DNA of 64,000 nt from a virus (lineage: Duplodnaviria; Caudoviricetes). How positions within the stretch are numbered: the stretch's first letter is position 1; each line of letters starts with the position of its first letter. The stretch is from IMG/VR virus record IMGVR_UViG_3300032038_000036, positions 1 through 64,000 of that record. One strand, 5' to 3'. This document shows positions 32,814-44,669 of this stretch, piece after piece. The notes under the pieces are model-generated. The model was given only the letters and a program-made list of their open reading frames with translations, did no database searches and was not told where the DNA came from. The position numbers and the translations under genes were made by a program.

Positions 32814-34929
32814 TCAATTATTAATTATATAAACTATGACAAAGAAAAAGTTCCTTAAGTATTACAATTGCCAAATGGAAGGCAAGTATAATATGATAAT
32901 GCAAATGAGTGAGGTACTTGTTGAGACTGGTTTGAATTATCATGATTATATTGATATTATAAAGAACTATAATAAGTATTACAACAAATATATTAATAAC
33001 TGATATGTATAGCACATTTAATTTACAGATAGATGAATTGAAGGTAACTGAGTTTTATCCTTATCCTTCTGTTGTTTTATATACACTTGGAATGTATGAT
33101 GAGATATGGAGCCCAGGAACTGGAGATAAAAAGATAAAGAATTTGTTTGATAAGGTTCTTGAGAAGGCAAACAAAGATCATAATGCAAATTTCATGGATA
33201 ACAAAATTGCATTTAAGGTTGTTCATATTCCTACTGGTTGTCAGTTCTATATTGGCTATAAGGACGGTATTTATCGTTTTGGTTTTGGAGTTAAACAAGA
33301 GTATGACCGTAAAATAATTCTTTAATATGTTATCAAAAACAAATTCAGTAAAATGCGGACCGTATGTATTTCAGCCGACAAAGTATGATGAAAACGGTGA
33401 TCTTTATTGTATGATTGTCAAGCGGCATACATATAAGAAATTTGTAAATGATAAATGTAAGTTAACTGGTTTGTATCATTTTGATACAGATTCATTTGAT
33501 ATTATTTATACTACTCCTGATTTTCTTAATCATGATCATACAAAGATGTTAAGGTGGTTTTTGAAACAATATGACTGGAATGGAAACAACATTAAATTTA
33601 ATTCATAGTAATTTATATTACACAGTATTGATGCCTGCATTGGTGTCAATATTGTGTGTTGTTACAAATCGTTTAAATGGACGTACTGAAGATGCTTGTC
33701 CAACATGGAAAGATAAATTGAATATGTTTGGTATTTATTTTGTTTGTTGGTTTATCAATATGTTTTTTATTTGGTTTTTAATGTTAGCAAATGAAACTTG
33801 GCTTGCAGAACATTGGGGTGTAAAATTATAAATAATATATTGGTATTTACTATATTGTAATAAATATATTGTTACAATGTATGTTAGCAAAACCATTAAA
33901 TACAGAATATATTGATAATGAAGTTAAGAAATATTTAAAAGATAATTTAAAAATAGAAGTTGAATATAGTTCTCCTATAGGTTTAAGTGATGGCAAAATA
34001 AAAGTAATTCTTAAACTTGAAGGAGAAATTATAGATTCTAATGAACAGAAAATATTTAAAACATTCTTTTGATTATGCGTGAATTTTTTGAACTTGTAAA
34101 TGAGTATCCTTGGACTACATTCTTTTTGGTTTGTGGTCTTTGTTGGATATTAGGGGCAATGGGTGAAGCAATACATGGACCAAAGAAAACAATAATTATT
34201 AATACTGATAAAAAAGAAAAGGAAGAATATGAAGTTTGAACGTACTTGTGTCTGTACTGAAGACTATGAAATTGAAGATTTGATATTTCATAAAGGAAGA
34301 GAATATCAAGTAGATATTTTCCCACTCTATTATCAAGTATATCAAAATGGAGGATGGGATGATTATATTTATATGCAAGAAGAAGATTTTGATAAAAACT
34401 TTAAACTTATTGACTAATGATTAACGATATTGAAGTATTAAATGAAATTATAGAGATTCGTAAAAAGACAGAATTTCTAAAACATCCTTTGATTAATGAT
34501 TTTTGTGGCTCACATTTTTGGGGTGATATTGACGAACGATTAGAAAAAATTGAAAAGGATATTGAAAACAACTTAAAACTATTTGGCATTATTAAAGATG
34601 AATAAGGAATATGTAGATAATGATGTATTCAGATTTAGAATATCATTAAAAAGTGAATTAGAATTAGATGATATAACTGTTTATACAAAACCATTTCCTG
34701 ATTTACCATTATTAGGAAAAGAGGCTTCTGAAGAAGATTGGTATAAAGAATACAATAAACAAGAAGATTTAGTTCAAGAGAAATATTTTACACAACAGAA
34801 AATTGATGAATTAAAACTTAAGTTAATTCAAAAAATACAAGAATGCAAAAACCCATTTAATATTTGTTGTGTAGATAGAGATGGTGGTTATAATGTAACT
34901 GAAGACCAACTTTTTAATTTAGATTAACT

Positions 34930-35496
34930 ATGGAACACGCAGTTTGTTTTTTATATAAAATTGGAGAAGATGTTTGGTATATTCATAAAACAAAACAAAC
35001 ACCTAAGCATGGTCATATTAGTGAAATAAAGATTCATATAACAAATATGGGTCCAAGTGATTATATGAGTCCTACAATTGAATATCTTATATGTGGTAAT
35101 TGGTATAAAGAAAACGAATTATGGGATAATAAAGAAAATTTCAAAGCTTGGTATAATAACAAGTTTTGTCGTACACAAGAATTAAAATTTGAAAATGATA
35201 ATGCAATTTGGTTTGAAAATGCTAAAGTTGATGATGAAATAAAAGTTAAAGTTTTGTCATTAATTGAAAGAACAAATAATGGGCATCCTTGGAAAAAAAT
35301 GCAAATTGTAGAAATATTTTATTTCAATAAAGAAGGAAAACCAAGATTTAGATATGTTCCATTAGATGATATTATGTTTATTGCTGAACCAAGTTCAATT
35401 ACAGAAAACAAATATGAGTTAATGAAAAAATACGGACAATATTATGTAGAAGATGCAATATATAATTTTGTCAATTATGATGGAATTAAATTTTAA
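34930..35496 (+). CDS. hypothetical protein
   Basis: ORF. Confidence 0.6.
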   Translation: MEHAVCFLYKIGEDVWYIHKTKQTPKHGHISEIKIHITNMGPSDYMSPTIEYLICGNWYKENELWDNKENFKAWYNNKFCRTQELKFENDNAIWFENAKVDDEIKVKVLSLIERTNNGHPWKKMQIVEIFYFNKEGKPRFRYVPLDDIMFIAEPSSITENKYELMKKYGQYYVEDAIYNFVNYDGIKF

Positions 35497-35547
35497 AATT
35501 TAACACATATTAACTATATTACAGATACAAAATTATTAACAGGTTTT

Positions 35548-36117
35548 ATGAGTGAATCATTAGTAGCAATTAATGTTATTTCAAATGATAAAATTATAAA
35601 TAAAAACGGTACTCCAATATTATTTTATTGGGATGGACAACAAGATATATATGAAGCTTTGGAAACTAATCCAGACTTTATTGATTATTTGATGCATACA
35701 GTTATTAATAAAGATAAATATACTGATGCATGGTTTTCATTTTTTAAGTATTATCTTGATAGTGAAGGTAAAGAACATTATCAAGAAGATAAATTGAACA
35801 TTCAAGATTTTTTGAAACTTAAAAATATGAAACCTTCTGACAGCCTCTTTTATAAAGAATATCTATTAAATCATTTCTTATATCTTTATAAAAGTGCATA
35901 TCATGAGGAATATAAAGAGGATATATCAATTATGGGGATTGATGATGCTGTACTTGATATATATGATAAAATTCAAGAGAAATATCCTAAACGTGTAATT
36001 AAGAGTACCGTAATCAATTATATTAGAAGTGAACTTCAAAAGACAGATAATATTTCAATTGAAAATAGTGATTGGATAATTTTCCAATTAGAAAATCTGT
36101 TAAATGAAAGAGAATAA
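35548..36117 (+). CDS. hypothetical protein
   Basis: ORF. Confidence 0.6.
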   Translation: MSESLVAINVISNDKIINKNGTPILFYWDGQQDIYEALETNPDFIDYLMHTVINKDKYTDAWFSFFKYYLDSEGKEHYQEDKLNIQDFLKLKNMKPSDSLFYKEYLLNHFLYLYKSAYHEEYKEDISIMGIDDAVLDIYDKIQEKYPKRVIKSTVINYIRSELQKTDNISIENSDWIIFQLENLLNERE

Positions 36118-36135
36118 AATTATAAAACTTAATAT

Positions 36136-36717
36136 ATGAATTACGAGTTAGATTTAGCAATTAATTACCAGACATTTGATAATTTTAAGCAGAAAGCAGC
36201 ATTGATTTTGCAAGGTTTATTCGCTGGTGGACGAATGATTGATTATGCAAAATTTTCAACATATGCAATGATTACTCCACTTAATGAAAGAAACAATAAG
36301 ATTACTGTTGAAGAGCAAGATCGTTTTAATAGAGCAAAGACTAATTGTTTGATTTATGATCTTACTTACAACAAATGGAATCCTGGGAAGTATAATAAAT
36401 TATTTATATACTATTCTATAACATCTCGAGATACAGGTTGGTATGGGTATGTATTATATAATACTGAAACAGGAAAAACATTTAATAAGTATTGTATAGA
36501 TTATTCAGATGATAAACTTTATCAATATATTTATAGAAATCTTATTGATTTAATAAATGATAAAAAATGGGAATACTTTAGTTGTAGATTTGATGCATTA
36601 AAGAAAAATGATTTTAAAAATGTAAAGACTATCAAGGATTATAATGAAATGAAAAAATATTATGAAGATTTTATAAAACTTCCATTTAATCCTTTGCAGA
36701 AATTTACTGAAGATTAA
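36136..36717 (+). CDS. hypothetical protein
   Basis: ORF. Confidence 0.6.
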   Translation: MNYELDLAINYQTFDNFKQKAALILQGLFAGGRMIDYAKFSTYAMITPLNERNNKITVEEQDRFNRAKTNCLIYDLTYNKWNPGKYNKLFIYYSITSRDTGWYGYVLYNTETGKTFNKYCIDYSDDKLYQYIYRNLIDLINDKKWEYFSCRFDALKKNDFKNVKTIKDYNEMKKYYEDFIKLPFNPLQKFTED

Positions 36718-36981
36718 AATATATTTTTAAACAAAACATGGCAGAAGAAACAGCAGCTGGAGCAGGTGGAGCAACTGAAATTGACTTAACTGAAACCAAT
36801 CAGAAACTTGATGAAATTGTTAAAGCATTAGCTGGAGATCCTAAAAATTTGGTTAAAGAAATTGCAATAAAATTATATGCAAATTCAGAATTTGATAGGT
36901 CAGGCAAATCTGCCGCACAATTAGCTGATGCTGCAATTGAACGTGCAAAGATATTAGTAGCAAAATTAGGTTAATAATATT

Positions 36982-37572
36982 ATGAAAAAACTTTACATTT
37001 TTTTAATTGTCTTAATGATGATGTTTTCATTAAGTAGTTGTGAAACATATACTTATGCAACAACACAAGATGATATATATGTTGAAACTGAAGTAGATGT
37101 AGTTCGTTCAAACGTATCATTTGATGTTATAATACAATATGGTACTCCTTATTATAGAGATGATGTATTGTTATATTATCTTTATAGAGATATTTATTAC
37201 TATCCATTCTATTATAACAATTATTGGTATGTAAGAGCATATCGAAGACCATTTACTCATTTTAATACAAGGCCTTATTTTAGACCACATAGATATGATT
37301 ATAGATTCAGCCCAGGACATTATAGAGGATTTGATAGACCAAATAGACCTATACCTCATTATCGTCATAATCCAAATATGCGTCGTCCTGATTATCCTCC
37401 AAGACAACCTCGTCCTGATGTAGGTAATCGTAGACCTAATCAACCAAGAATTAATGGAAATCGTCCACAAAGACCACCACAAATACGTCCTAATACAAGA
37501 ACAAATCAGCCAAGAATTGATAGAAATCAAAATAATCGTAGTAGAAGCGGAAATTTTGGTGGAAGACGATAA
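36982..37572 (+). CDS. lipoprotein with Tyr-rich core and Arg/Pro/Asn-rich tail
   Basis: MKKLYIFLIVLMMMFSLSS-C lipobox; low-complexity tail ending FGGRR. Confidence 0.7.
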   Translation: MKKLYIFLIVLMMMFSLSSCETYTYATTQDDIYVETEVDVVRSNVSFDVIIQYGTPYYRDDVLLYYLYRDIYYYPFYYNNYWYVRAYRRPFTHFNTRPYFRPHRYDYRFSPGHYRGFDRPNRPIPHYRHNPNMRRPDYPPRQPRPDVGNRRPNQPRINGNRPQRPPQIRPNTRTNQPRIDRNQNNRSRSGNFGGRR

Positions 37573-37673
37573 AAAATTTTTATTATTTATTGAATATAAT
37601 TTAGTTGTGAACTATTTTATTATTCGTTTAACAAATTAATTTTTTTATTAACTTAAATATAACATAACGTAAA

Positions 37674-37868
37674 ATGAAAAAGACAATTTTTGCTTTAATT
37701 TTTGCAATGATGTTAGGTTTCTCAGTTTCATCTTGTAATGGATGTGGAGCTGGAACAGCAACAGATGCAGATAGCACAAAAGTTGATACTGTACTTGTAG
37801 ATAGCACAGCAGTAGACTCAGTTGTTGCAGACACAATTGCAGTAGATACTACAGTAGTTGCTGAGTAA
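37674..37868 (+). CDS. small lipoprotein with repeated D-(S/T)-x sequons
   Basis: MKKTIFALIFAMMLGFSVSS-C; DST DTV DST DSV DTI DTT; followed by terminator. Confidence 0.75.
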   Translation: MKKTIFALIFAMMLGFSVSSCNGCGAGTATDADSTKVDTVLVDSTAVDSVVADTIAVDTTVVAE

Positions 37869-37893
37869 ATTTGAAAACTCAAATGTAGTATAG

Positions 37894-37918
37894 GCAGGTA
37901 GAGATACCTGCATTTTTT
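37894..37918 (+). terminator. intrinsic terminator
   Basis: GCAGGTA gaga TACCTGC plus T tract. Confidence 0.8.
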
Positions 37919-37930
37919 ATCTTAATAAAA

Positions 37931-37969
37931 TTTGAATATTATTTATTTTTTACTATATTATATTTGTAA
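37931..37969 (+). promoter_or_regulatory. phage promoter motif
   Basis: 39-nt motif copy. Confidence 0.75.
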
Positions 37970-38637
37970 TCAATAAATAATTTAAATATGGACAAACAAG
38001 ATTGGAAACATTTCAAAAAATCATTCAAAGAGGATTGGTTTGGTTGGTTGCTCCAATTTTTTATGATTGCAATGCTTTTTGGTTTGCTTGGATATTTAGT
38101 TTATTCAAGATTTACAAATCCACAACCTGTTAATATAAATGAAGAAGATGTTGAATTAATAATGTCAAGTACTGTTTTTTAATATGAAGAAGATTCCATA
38201 CAATTGTTATATTGACCGCAAAGGTTATGTAATGCCAAAGAGCGCAGTAATCAAACTTACTCCAGATCTTATTGAATGGCTTAGTACTGATGATGCTGTT
38301 CGTTTTCTTTTTACAGATAAACCAAATTCTTTAAAGTTAAATAAAGAGTGGCTTACTGTAGGAATTAGTCATTCTTGGGTTGGAAATATTTATGCATATG
38401 CTGCTGATGAATCAAAAGAAGTAATTGATAAATATTTTATTGATAATCCTTATGTTAAAATTTTTGATGAAAATGACGAGGCATTTATAAAATATATGAA
38501 GTGGGTTGCAAAACTTGGTCCTTGGTTTACAAAACAGAGATTCAAGAAAGATTAATAAATGTTAAATTTAAATAGTAAATTTGTTTTATTATATAAGATA
38601 GGTTTACTATTTTTATTTAAATATATACTTACATAAT

Positions 38638-39705
38638 ATGCCTAAAAGTAAATTAACATTAATTGTTGATGGAAATTGGCTTTTGATGAGTAGACTTTCG
38701 GTATTAAATAATCGTTATGTTGATGAATTTGAATTAAATCAAGAACTTAAGTTAATGCTTATCAAATCTATAAATGTCGTTCTTCGTACATTTACAGATA
38801 TTGACAATGTGATTTTTGTTGCTGATGGCGGTTCTTGGAGAAATTCAATTGAAATACCAGATTATTTATATAAAGAGAAAACGTCAGAGGACCAATCAGT
38901 TGAATATAAAGGAAACAGAGTAAAATCATCAGACATCAACTGGGATTTATTATTTGAATCTTATGGAGATTTTATAACAACATTACAAAGTTGCGGTATT
39001 ACAGCTTGTCAAGAACAAGGAGTTGAAGGAGATGATTGGTGTTATCATTGGTCAACATATCTTAATTCACAAGGAACAAATTGTATTATTTGGACAAAGG
39101 ATAATGACTTAAAACAATTAGTAAACATTGACTCAAATAAATGCTTTACTGTTTGGTGGAATAGTTCAAATGGTTTATTTGTTAAAGATTTTCCTGAAGA
39201 AGAATTTAATTTCTTATTTAATACAGAGTTCAATATCAATGAAGATATTTTGAATAATCTTATTCATAAGTCAGGAGAAGTACATAAAATCAATCCATCA
39301 GAAATTATAGTTGATAAGATTATAAGAGGAGATGCTGGAGATAATATTTATCCAATAATATTAAGAAAGGCAAAGACTAATTCAACACGATCATTTAAGG
39401 TTGCAACAAAAGATATTGATTATTCATTAGATTATAAAGATGATAATGCTGTAAATAATTATATTCACAATCTTGTAAATTCAAAAAATTATGCAGGAAG
39501 AATAAATAAAACTGAGCAAGAGATTATCAGTCATTTTAAGTATAATAGAAAACTTGTTGCTCTTGAAAAAGAATCATATCCACAAGAAATATTGGATATA
39601 TTTGAAAAATATCATGATTATAACATAAGTAAAGATACATCAATTGCTGAAAGTCAATTACAAGCCAAAAGTAATAAATTGAATGGTATTTTAGATATAA
39701 TTTAA
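38638..39705 (+). CDS. T4 RNase H / 5'-3' exonuclease (FEN-like)
   Basis: LIVDGN, ADGGSWR, YKGNR, EGDD, DNDLKQL, GDAGDNI. Confidence 0.9.
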   Translation: MPKSKLTLIVDGNWLLMSRLSVLNNRYVDEFELNQELKLMLIKSINVVLRTFTDIDNVIFVADGGSWRNSIEIPDYLYKEKTSEDQSVEYKGNRVKSSDINWDLLFESYGDFITTLQSCGITACQEQGVEGDDWCYHWSTYLNSQGTNCIIWTKDNDLKQLVNIDSNKCFTVWWNSSNGLFVKDFPEEEFNFLFNTEFNINEDILNNLIHKSGEVHKINPSEIIVDKIIRGDAGDNIYPIILRKAKTNSTRSFKVATKDIDYSLDYKDDNAVNNYIHNLVNSKNYAGRINKTEQEIISHFKYNRKLVALEKESYPQEILDIFEKYHDYNISKDTSIAESQLQAKSNKLNGILDII

Positions 39706-39734
39706 TTGTTAATGAATATTAAAATATTAACACA

Positions 39735-39770
39735 ATAATAGCTAGGAAATAACATCCTAGCTATTGTTAT
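39735..39770. terminator. terminator between convergent genes
   Basis: AATAGCTAGGA aataaca TCCTAGCTATT. Confidence 0.7.
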
Positions 39771-40086
39771 TTATTCCTCTAGCACGGTAAAATAATAAAA
39801 TAATAAAATTATATTATTCAGAAAAATAGACCGTGATATAGGAATGATTTACTGCTTCATTCCGTAGATTACATTAATAAATTCATCCCCAATTGTTTCT
39901 TGAATGTATTCCTTAGCAGCTGCAAGGTTCAAGCTTTCATTTACATTAGGAGACCAAATATACAATATATCATCTTCTTCAGAATATTCACTATTAATAT
40001 GATAGTTTTCTTTTATGTATTGTTGTGCCTTTGATATATTGTCATTTAATCCTAAAAATGTCTCTACAAGAATTTTTTCATTTTCC

Positions 40087-40701
40087 TTACTCATCAATTG
40101 TATCTTCAATATTTTTGTGCAATTTTTCTTTAAGAATATCTGTTAATTCTAAAGCTAATGCTTCAACATTTACATATTTTTTGATGATATAAGCAGAAAT
40201 GTCTTCAAATTTTACATCAAGAAATTCAACTAATGTATTGATTTGAGCTTCAGGAAAATCATCCCATTTTACATCTACTTCAATTTTAGGTACTGATGTT
40301 AATTTATCAAATACCTTTTTTATTATTTGCTCATTATTGATAGGTGCTGCTGTTGCTTGTGGAACTAATGGGTCAACTCCAAATTCTTTTTCATATTCTG
40401 CAATTGCTGCAGCATCATCATTTGTTGGTTCTGCTTTCCCAACAACCTTTCCTGACTCATCATATATATCATCAGAAACTTGTATATAATCTCGTGAAAA
40501 GATTTCCATTGGAAGCTGACCTTTATCTGTTATGATAATCATATTATCACCATCTTGTACAGTTTGATTGATACGAATTTTCTGACCTGTTTGTCTATGC
40601 ATCCATATACCTTCAATACCCATACCACTACCATCAGCACCTGGTTCAAATTCACGTCCTTGCACCTTACCTTCAAAAGGTGTTGGTTGATATTCTGCCA
40701 T
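40087..40701 (-). CDS. hypothetical protein
   Basis: ORF. Confidence 0.7.
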   Translation of the reverse strand: MAEYQPTPFEGKVQGREFEPGADGSGMGIEGIWMHRQTGQKIRINQTVQDGDNMIIITDKGQLPMEIFSRDYIQVSDDIYDESGKVVGKAEPTNDDAAAIAEYEKEFGVDPLVPQATAAPINNEQIIKKVFDKLTSVPKIEVDVKWDDFPEAQINTLVEFLDVKFEDISAYIIKKYVNVEALALELTDILKEKLHKNIEDTIDE

Positions 40702-40778
40702 CTTTATATTAATCTTATATGTTTATAATTAAAAATAGATAATATTAAATTTTTAATTCAAACATTTGTTAAATTTTA

Positions 40779-41312
40779 TTAATTATTTTCTTCTAATAAA
40801 TACTTTCTTTTTTCTTCATCACCAAATATATATTCAAGAATAGTATTATGAATATCTATTTCATTCTCTAAAAAATATAAATAATTAATTGTAGTAATGA
40901 ATGTATTAAAATAATTAATTTCAATTAAATCTGAATTAGATATTGCTTTGTTATTTTTTGTATCAATCCAAACAACTAATATATCATACTTTTTAAATAT
41001 GATTTCAGGAATTGAATTAAATTCTTCTACTGTTAAATAACAGACGTCATTATTATAAAAATCATCAATCGTTATTCCATTTGAAATATACTTATTTGTT
41101 TTTATATATAACAATGCATTGTTTTTATATGATAGATTAACAGTATTTACATCAAGATAATAAATGTAATTTTCATTTACTTCATCTTTATATTCTGTAT
41201 CTGTTGTAAATCGTGGAATAATTGATAATTCATCATTTATTCTAACAATATCTTTTGCAACATTTAATGCTTTTTCTTTATCTAAGCATACTATAAAAGT
41301 TTTTAAATTCAT
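40779..41312 (-). CDS. degenerate guanylate-kinase-like protein
   Basis: IPRFTT...Y.Y...GIT pattern but no intact P-loop. Confidence 0.45.
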   Translation of the reverse strand: MNLKTFIVCLDKEKALNVAKDIVRINDELSIIPRFTTDTEYKDEVNENYIYYLDVNTVNLSYKNNALLYIKTNKYISNGITIDDFYNNDVCYLTVEEFNSIPEIIFKKYDILVVWIDTKNNKAISNSDLIEINYFNTFITTINYLYFLENEIDIHNTILEYIFGDEEKRKYLLEENN

Positions 41313-41334
41313 TCGTTATTACTTAATTATTTTG

Positions 41335-44300
41335 TTAATTAATTGAGAGAGTTATAAAGTATTTATTAGTATCACGAGATTCATCAAATGCAGTATAATA
41401 CATTACTGTCAAATTAAGTCCCGGATATACAATGTTATTATTTATAACATGTGAACCTTGTATTAAATCATTCTTAAATAATATATGGGTTCTATTTAAG
41501 TTTTGTGTTCCATATTTTGTATTTATATAATACATCTTTTCATTAAATTGTGGATTTTCAATTACTCGTCCATTTTCATCATATAAGATATTTTTAATAT
41601 TATAAATATTTAAAGATATCATATCTTCAGCATTAGGCAATGTAATATTAAAATATGTTTTGAATAAATTATATAAAGATAACTTATAACTTGAAATACC
41701 TGTTATTTCATTAAGTTCTATTGAATTTACTAACATATTTTCTGCTGTAAATAATGAAGATGTATAAGCAGCACTACACATTCCTATTAATGGAATTGTC
41801 ATAATATTATATGTAACTCCATTAACAATTGGTTGGAATAAAATACTTTGTTTTGATATTATTTGCTTTGATGCATTTAATATAATATTATTAAAGTCAA
41901 TTGATACAGTATCGTGTGTACTAAATTTTGTTTTTTCAAGTTCATCAACAAGTGTTTCAGTACCCACATTGATATTTGTATTTGTTGAACCAATATGTAA
42001 TGTTCCTTTATTTTGTTCATCATATGATGTACCTAAATATGCGTTATAAATTTTACCATTTTGGTCAAGTGATACAATATTTAATCTGTTAAGTACATTA
42101 AAGTTTCTATTAAATACTTCTCCAAAATCTAATGATGGAACATTTTCATTAAATACAAATTCATTATAATTATATTTTGATTTTTCAACTTGTTCAATTT
42201 GTATTTGATGTTCAACTATATTTTCTGTTTCTGCATATTGTTTTTCAATTGTCTGTATTAATGATTCAACATTTTGTATTTGTGCACCATCAACATATAC
42301 TTTAGATTTTCTTTCACTTCCAATTAATGTACCAATGTTTCTTAACTCTTTAATAATTTCTGTTTTAGATGTTGAAACAGTAGACTGTGATTTGTAATAT
42401 TTAGGATAAAGTGAATTTGTTGTTCTAATGTTTCCTAATGATGGTAAATACTTATTTGTTTGTGAATGTGTTATATGATTATTGTTTAATGTAACTGTAT
42501 CGTTATATTGTATAATACCATTAAGATCATTTAAGTATTGTCCTATATTATCATTAACTGCTGAATATTCTTCAGATTGTTTATTCTTAATGATCATCCA
42601 ATTGTTTTCATTAATAGCTAATCTTTCTTGACTTAATTGTGTAATGATTGCTTTCAATAAAATTAAATCTTGGTCATTTAAGTTTTCAACTGTTTCATCA
42701 TTTGTTGCATTAATAAGATTTACTGTTGAACCTAATGCTAATGCATAATCTGAATCTATTTGATTAATACATTGGAACTCATATTCATCATCAGATACTT
42801 CAGCAACACGCCACATTGTTAATATATAAGATCCCTTATAATATGTCTTATATAATGTATCTGATAAACATTCAAGATCTGATATACTTAATATAATACT
42901 ATTTCTAAAATATTCAAAGTTGTTTTTATTTATAGTAGGAATATAAGCACAACATTGAATTTTTATTGTGTATGTATTTTCAAATAAAGCAGGATGAACA
43001 TTAAAGAATTTCTGTTCAAATTTTGCACCTTTTATTTTTTCATAATTTGATACTGCATTAAGCAAATAATAACTACTTTTTTCATCACAAGCTTTATCTC
43101 TATTATATATAAGAATAATATTAGGATTGCCTGCATCTTTACCAACAGCTCTTATAGTAGTATTTTTATCATTAATACTCCAGTTATTTTCAGCATTAAT
43201 ATAAGGCATTGTAAAGATATCTTTGATTATAACAGAATTAATAAGTTTTTCATTATTTCTATTATAATTAATTTCAAAATTGTATGTTTTTACTTTACCT
43301 ATATCATTATCATAATCAAATATAAGATTAGTATTTTCTTCCCAGAAATGATTGCTTGTATTTGTTGTTTTTAAGTTAACATAATTTATATATGTATTAG
43401 TTGAGTAATAAATATACATACTATCGTTACTATTACATATATAATGGAATTGATAATTAATTGGAATATATAAGAATGTTTCTTTTGAAAAATCTGGTTT
43501 ATCATCATTAGATTTTACACAAGCCTTTTCATACAATTTTGATAATATTCGTTTGATAAATCCTGCACGTGTTTCAAGATAATACTTTTCATTATAATAA
43601 CTAAAAATATTATAATAAAGATTATTACAGTCTTCATTTAACTGATATATATCTTCATTTAAATTAATTCCATATTCTGCCTTAAAATTAGCTACAATAT
43701 TTTCAAATTCAGTTGAATTTATTGAAAAGAACTCATTATTGTTTGAATTATATACAAGTTCAATTGTTCCTTTATCATATAATGAATTTGGTAAATAATT
43801 CAATATTAATGATATTGGAGAATTTGATGAAAAATGATATGAATCAACATCGTTATAACTTAATAATTCGTTTATATCATTATATTCTGCTCTTATTAAT
43901 GAAAATGGAATTTCATTTGTACTTTTGTAATTACTAAACTTAAATGAAGATAAGAAACTATTATAATACTTGTTATCTAATTCTTTAAGTGTTTTAGCAT
44001 TAAACATATAAAATTTCATTTCATATTCATCAGATAATGCACTATTTGAATATCCATTACTTTTATATGTTTTATTTGTTATCATCATCAAATGAAACCA
44101 GTCCCCGTTATCATCTGAATTATCATAATAAATCTTTGCACCAAATTTTAATAAATTAGAATTAATATCAAACTTATAGTAATATAAAATAGAATTTAAA
44201 TCATCGTCATCATTAGTACCCATCATTTTACCAACGAGCATAAATGTAAGATCTTTACCATCGTTTATACAAATACTATTCTTTCCATATTTTTCAATGC

Positions 44301-44667
44301 CACCTAAAATAATATCAAAACTTAAATCATTAGGAAAATATAATACATCATTAATATCTAAACTTTCAGATAATGGATTGTAATTATATACTTCTCCAGT
44401 TTCTTCATCATATGTACAAGTACCAAATACTGCAACATATTTGTCAGAATCAACTGCTTTTCTATATTGTATATATCCTAATGTTGGTGTTCCATAATAT
44501 GAAGTAGATTCTCCAATTATATCACCAAATGTAAAATGTTGATATGATATACCATCACCTTTTATACCTATACGTTGTCCTAAATTTGCTAAGGCTTGTA
44601 TAAGATATTCTTCAACATATTTATCATATTCTATTGGATTCTGTAATAAATTTACACTTTTTATCAT
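41335..44667 (-). CDS. large Asn-rich hypothetical, probably virion protein
   Basis: 1110-aa uninterrupted ORF. Confidence 0.7.
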   Translation of the reverse strand: MIKSVNLLQNPIEYDKYVEEYLIQALANLGQRIGIKGDGISYQHFTFGDIIGESTSYYGTPTLGYIQYRKAVDSDKYVAVFGTCTYDEETGEVYNYNPLSESLDINDVLYFPNDLSFDIILGGIEKYGKNSICINDGKDLTFMLVGKMMGTNDDDDLNSILYYYKFDINSNLLKFGAKIYYDNSDDNGDWFHLMMITNKTYKSNGYSNSALSDEYEMKFYMFNAKTLKELDNKYYNSFLSSFKFSNYKSTNEIPFSLIRAEYNDINELLSYNDVDSYHFSSNSPISLILNYLPNSLYDKGTIELVYNSNNNEFFSINSTEFENIVANFKAEYGINLNEDIYQLNEDCNNLYYNIFSYYNEKYYLETRAGFIKRILSKLYEKACVKSNDDKPDFSKETFLYIPINYQFHYICNSNDSMYIYYSTNTYINYVNLKTTNTSNHFWEENTNLIFDYDNDIGKVKTYNFEINYNRNNEKLINSVIIKDIFTMPYINAENNWSINDKNTTIRAVGKDAGNPNIILIYNRDKACDEKSSYYLLNAVSNYEKIKGAKFEQKFFNVHPALFENTYTIKIQCCAYIPTINKNNFEYFRNSIILSISDLECLSDTLYKTYYKGSYILTMWRVAEVSDDEYEFQCINQIDSDYALALGSTVNLINATNDETVENLNDQDLILLKAIITQLSQERLAINENNWMIIKNKQSEEYSAVNDNIGQYLNDLNGIIQYNDTVTLNNNHITHSQTNKYLPSLGNIRTTNSLYPKYYKSQSTVSTSKTEIIKELRNIGTLIGSERKSKVYVDGAQIQNVESLIQTIEKQYAETENIVEHQIQIEQVEKSKYNYNEFVFNENVPSLDFGEVFNRNFNVLNRLNIVSLDQNGKIYNAYLGTSYDEQNKGTLHIGSTNTNINVGTETLVDELEKTKFSTHDTVSIDFNNIILNASKQIISKQSILFQPIVNGVTYNIMTIPLIGMCSAAYTSSLFTAENMLVNSIELNEITGISSYKLSLYNLFKTYFNITLPNAEDMISLNIYNIKNILYDENGRVIENPQFNEKMYYINTKYGTQNLNRTHILFKNDLIQGSHVINNNIVYPGLNLTVMYYTAFDESRDTNKYFITLSIN

Positions 44668-44669
44668 TT

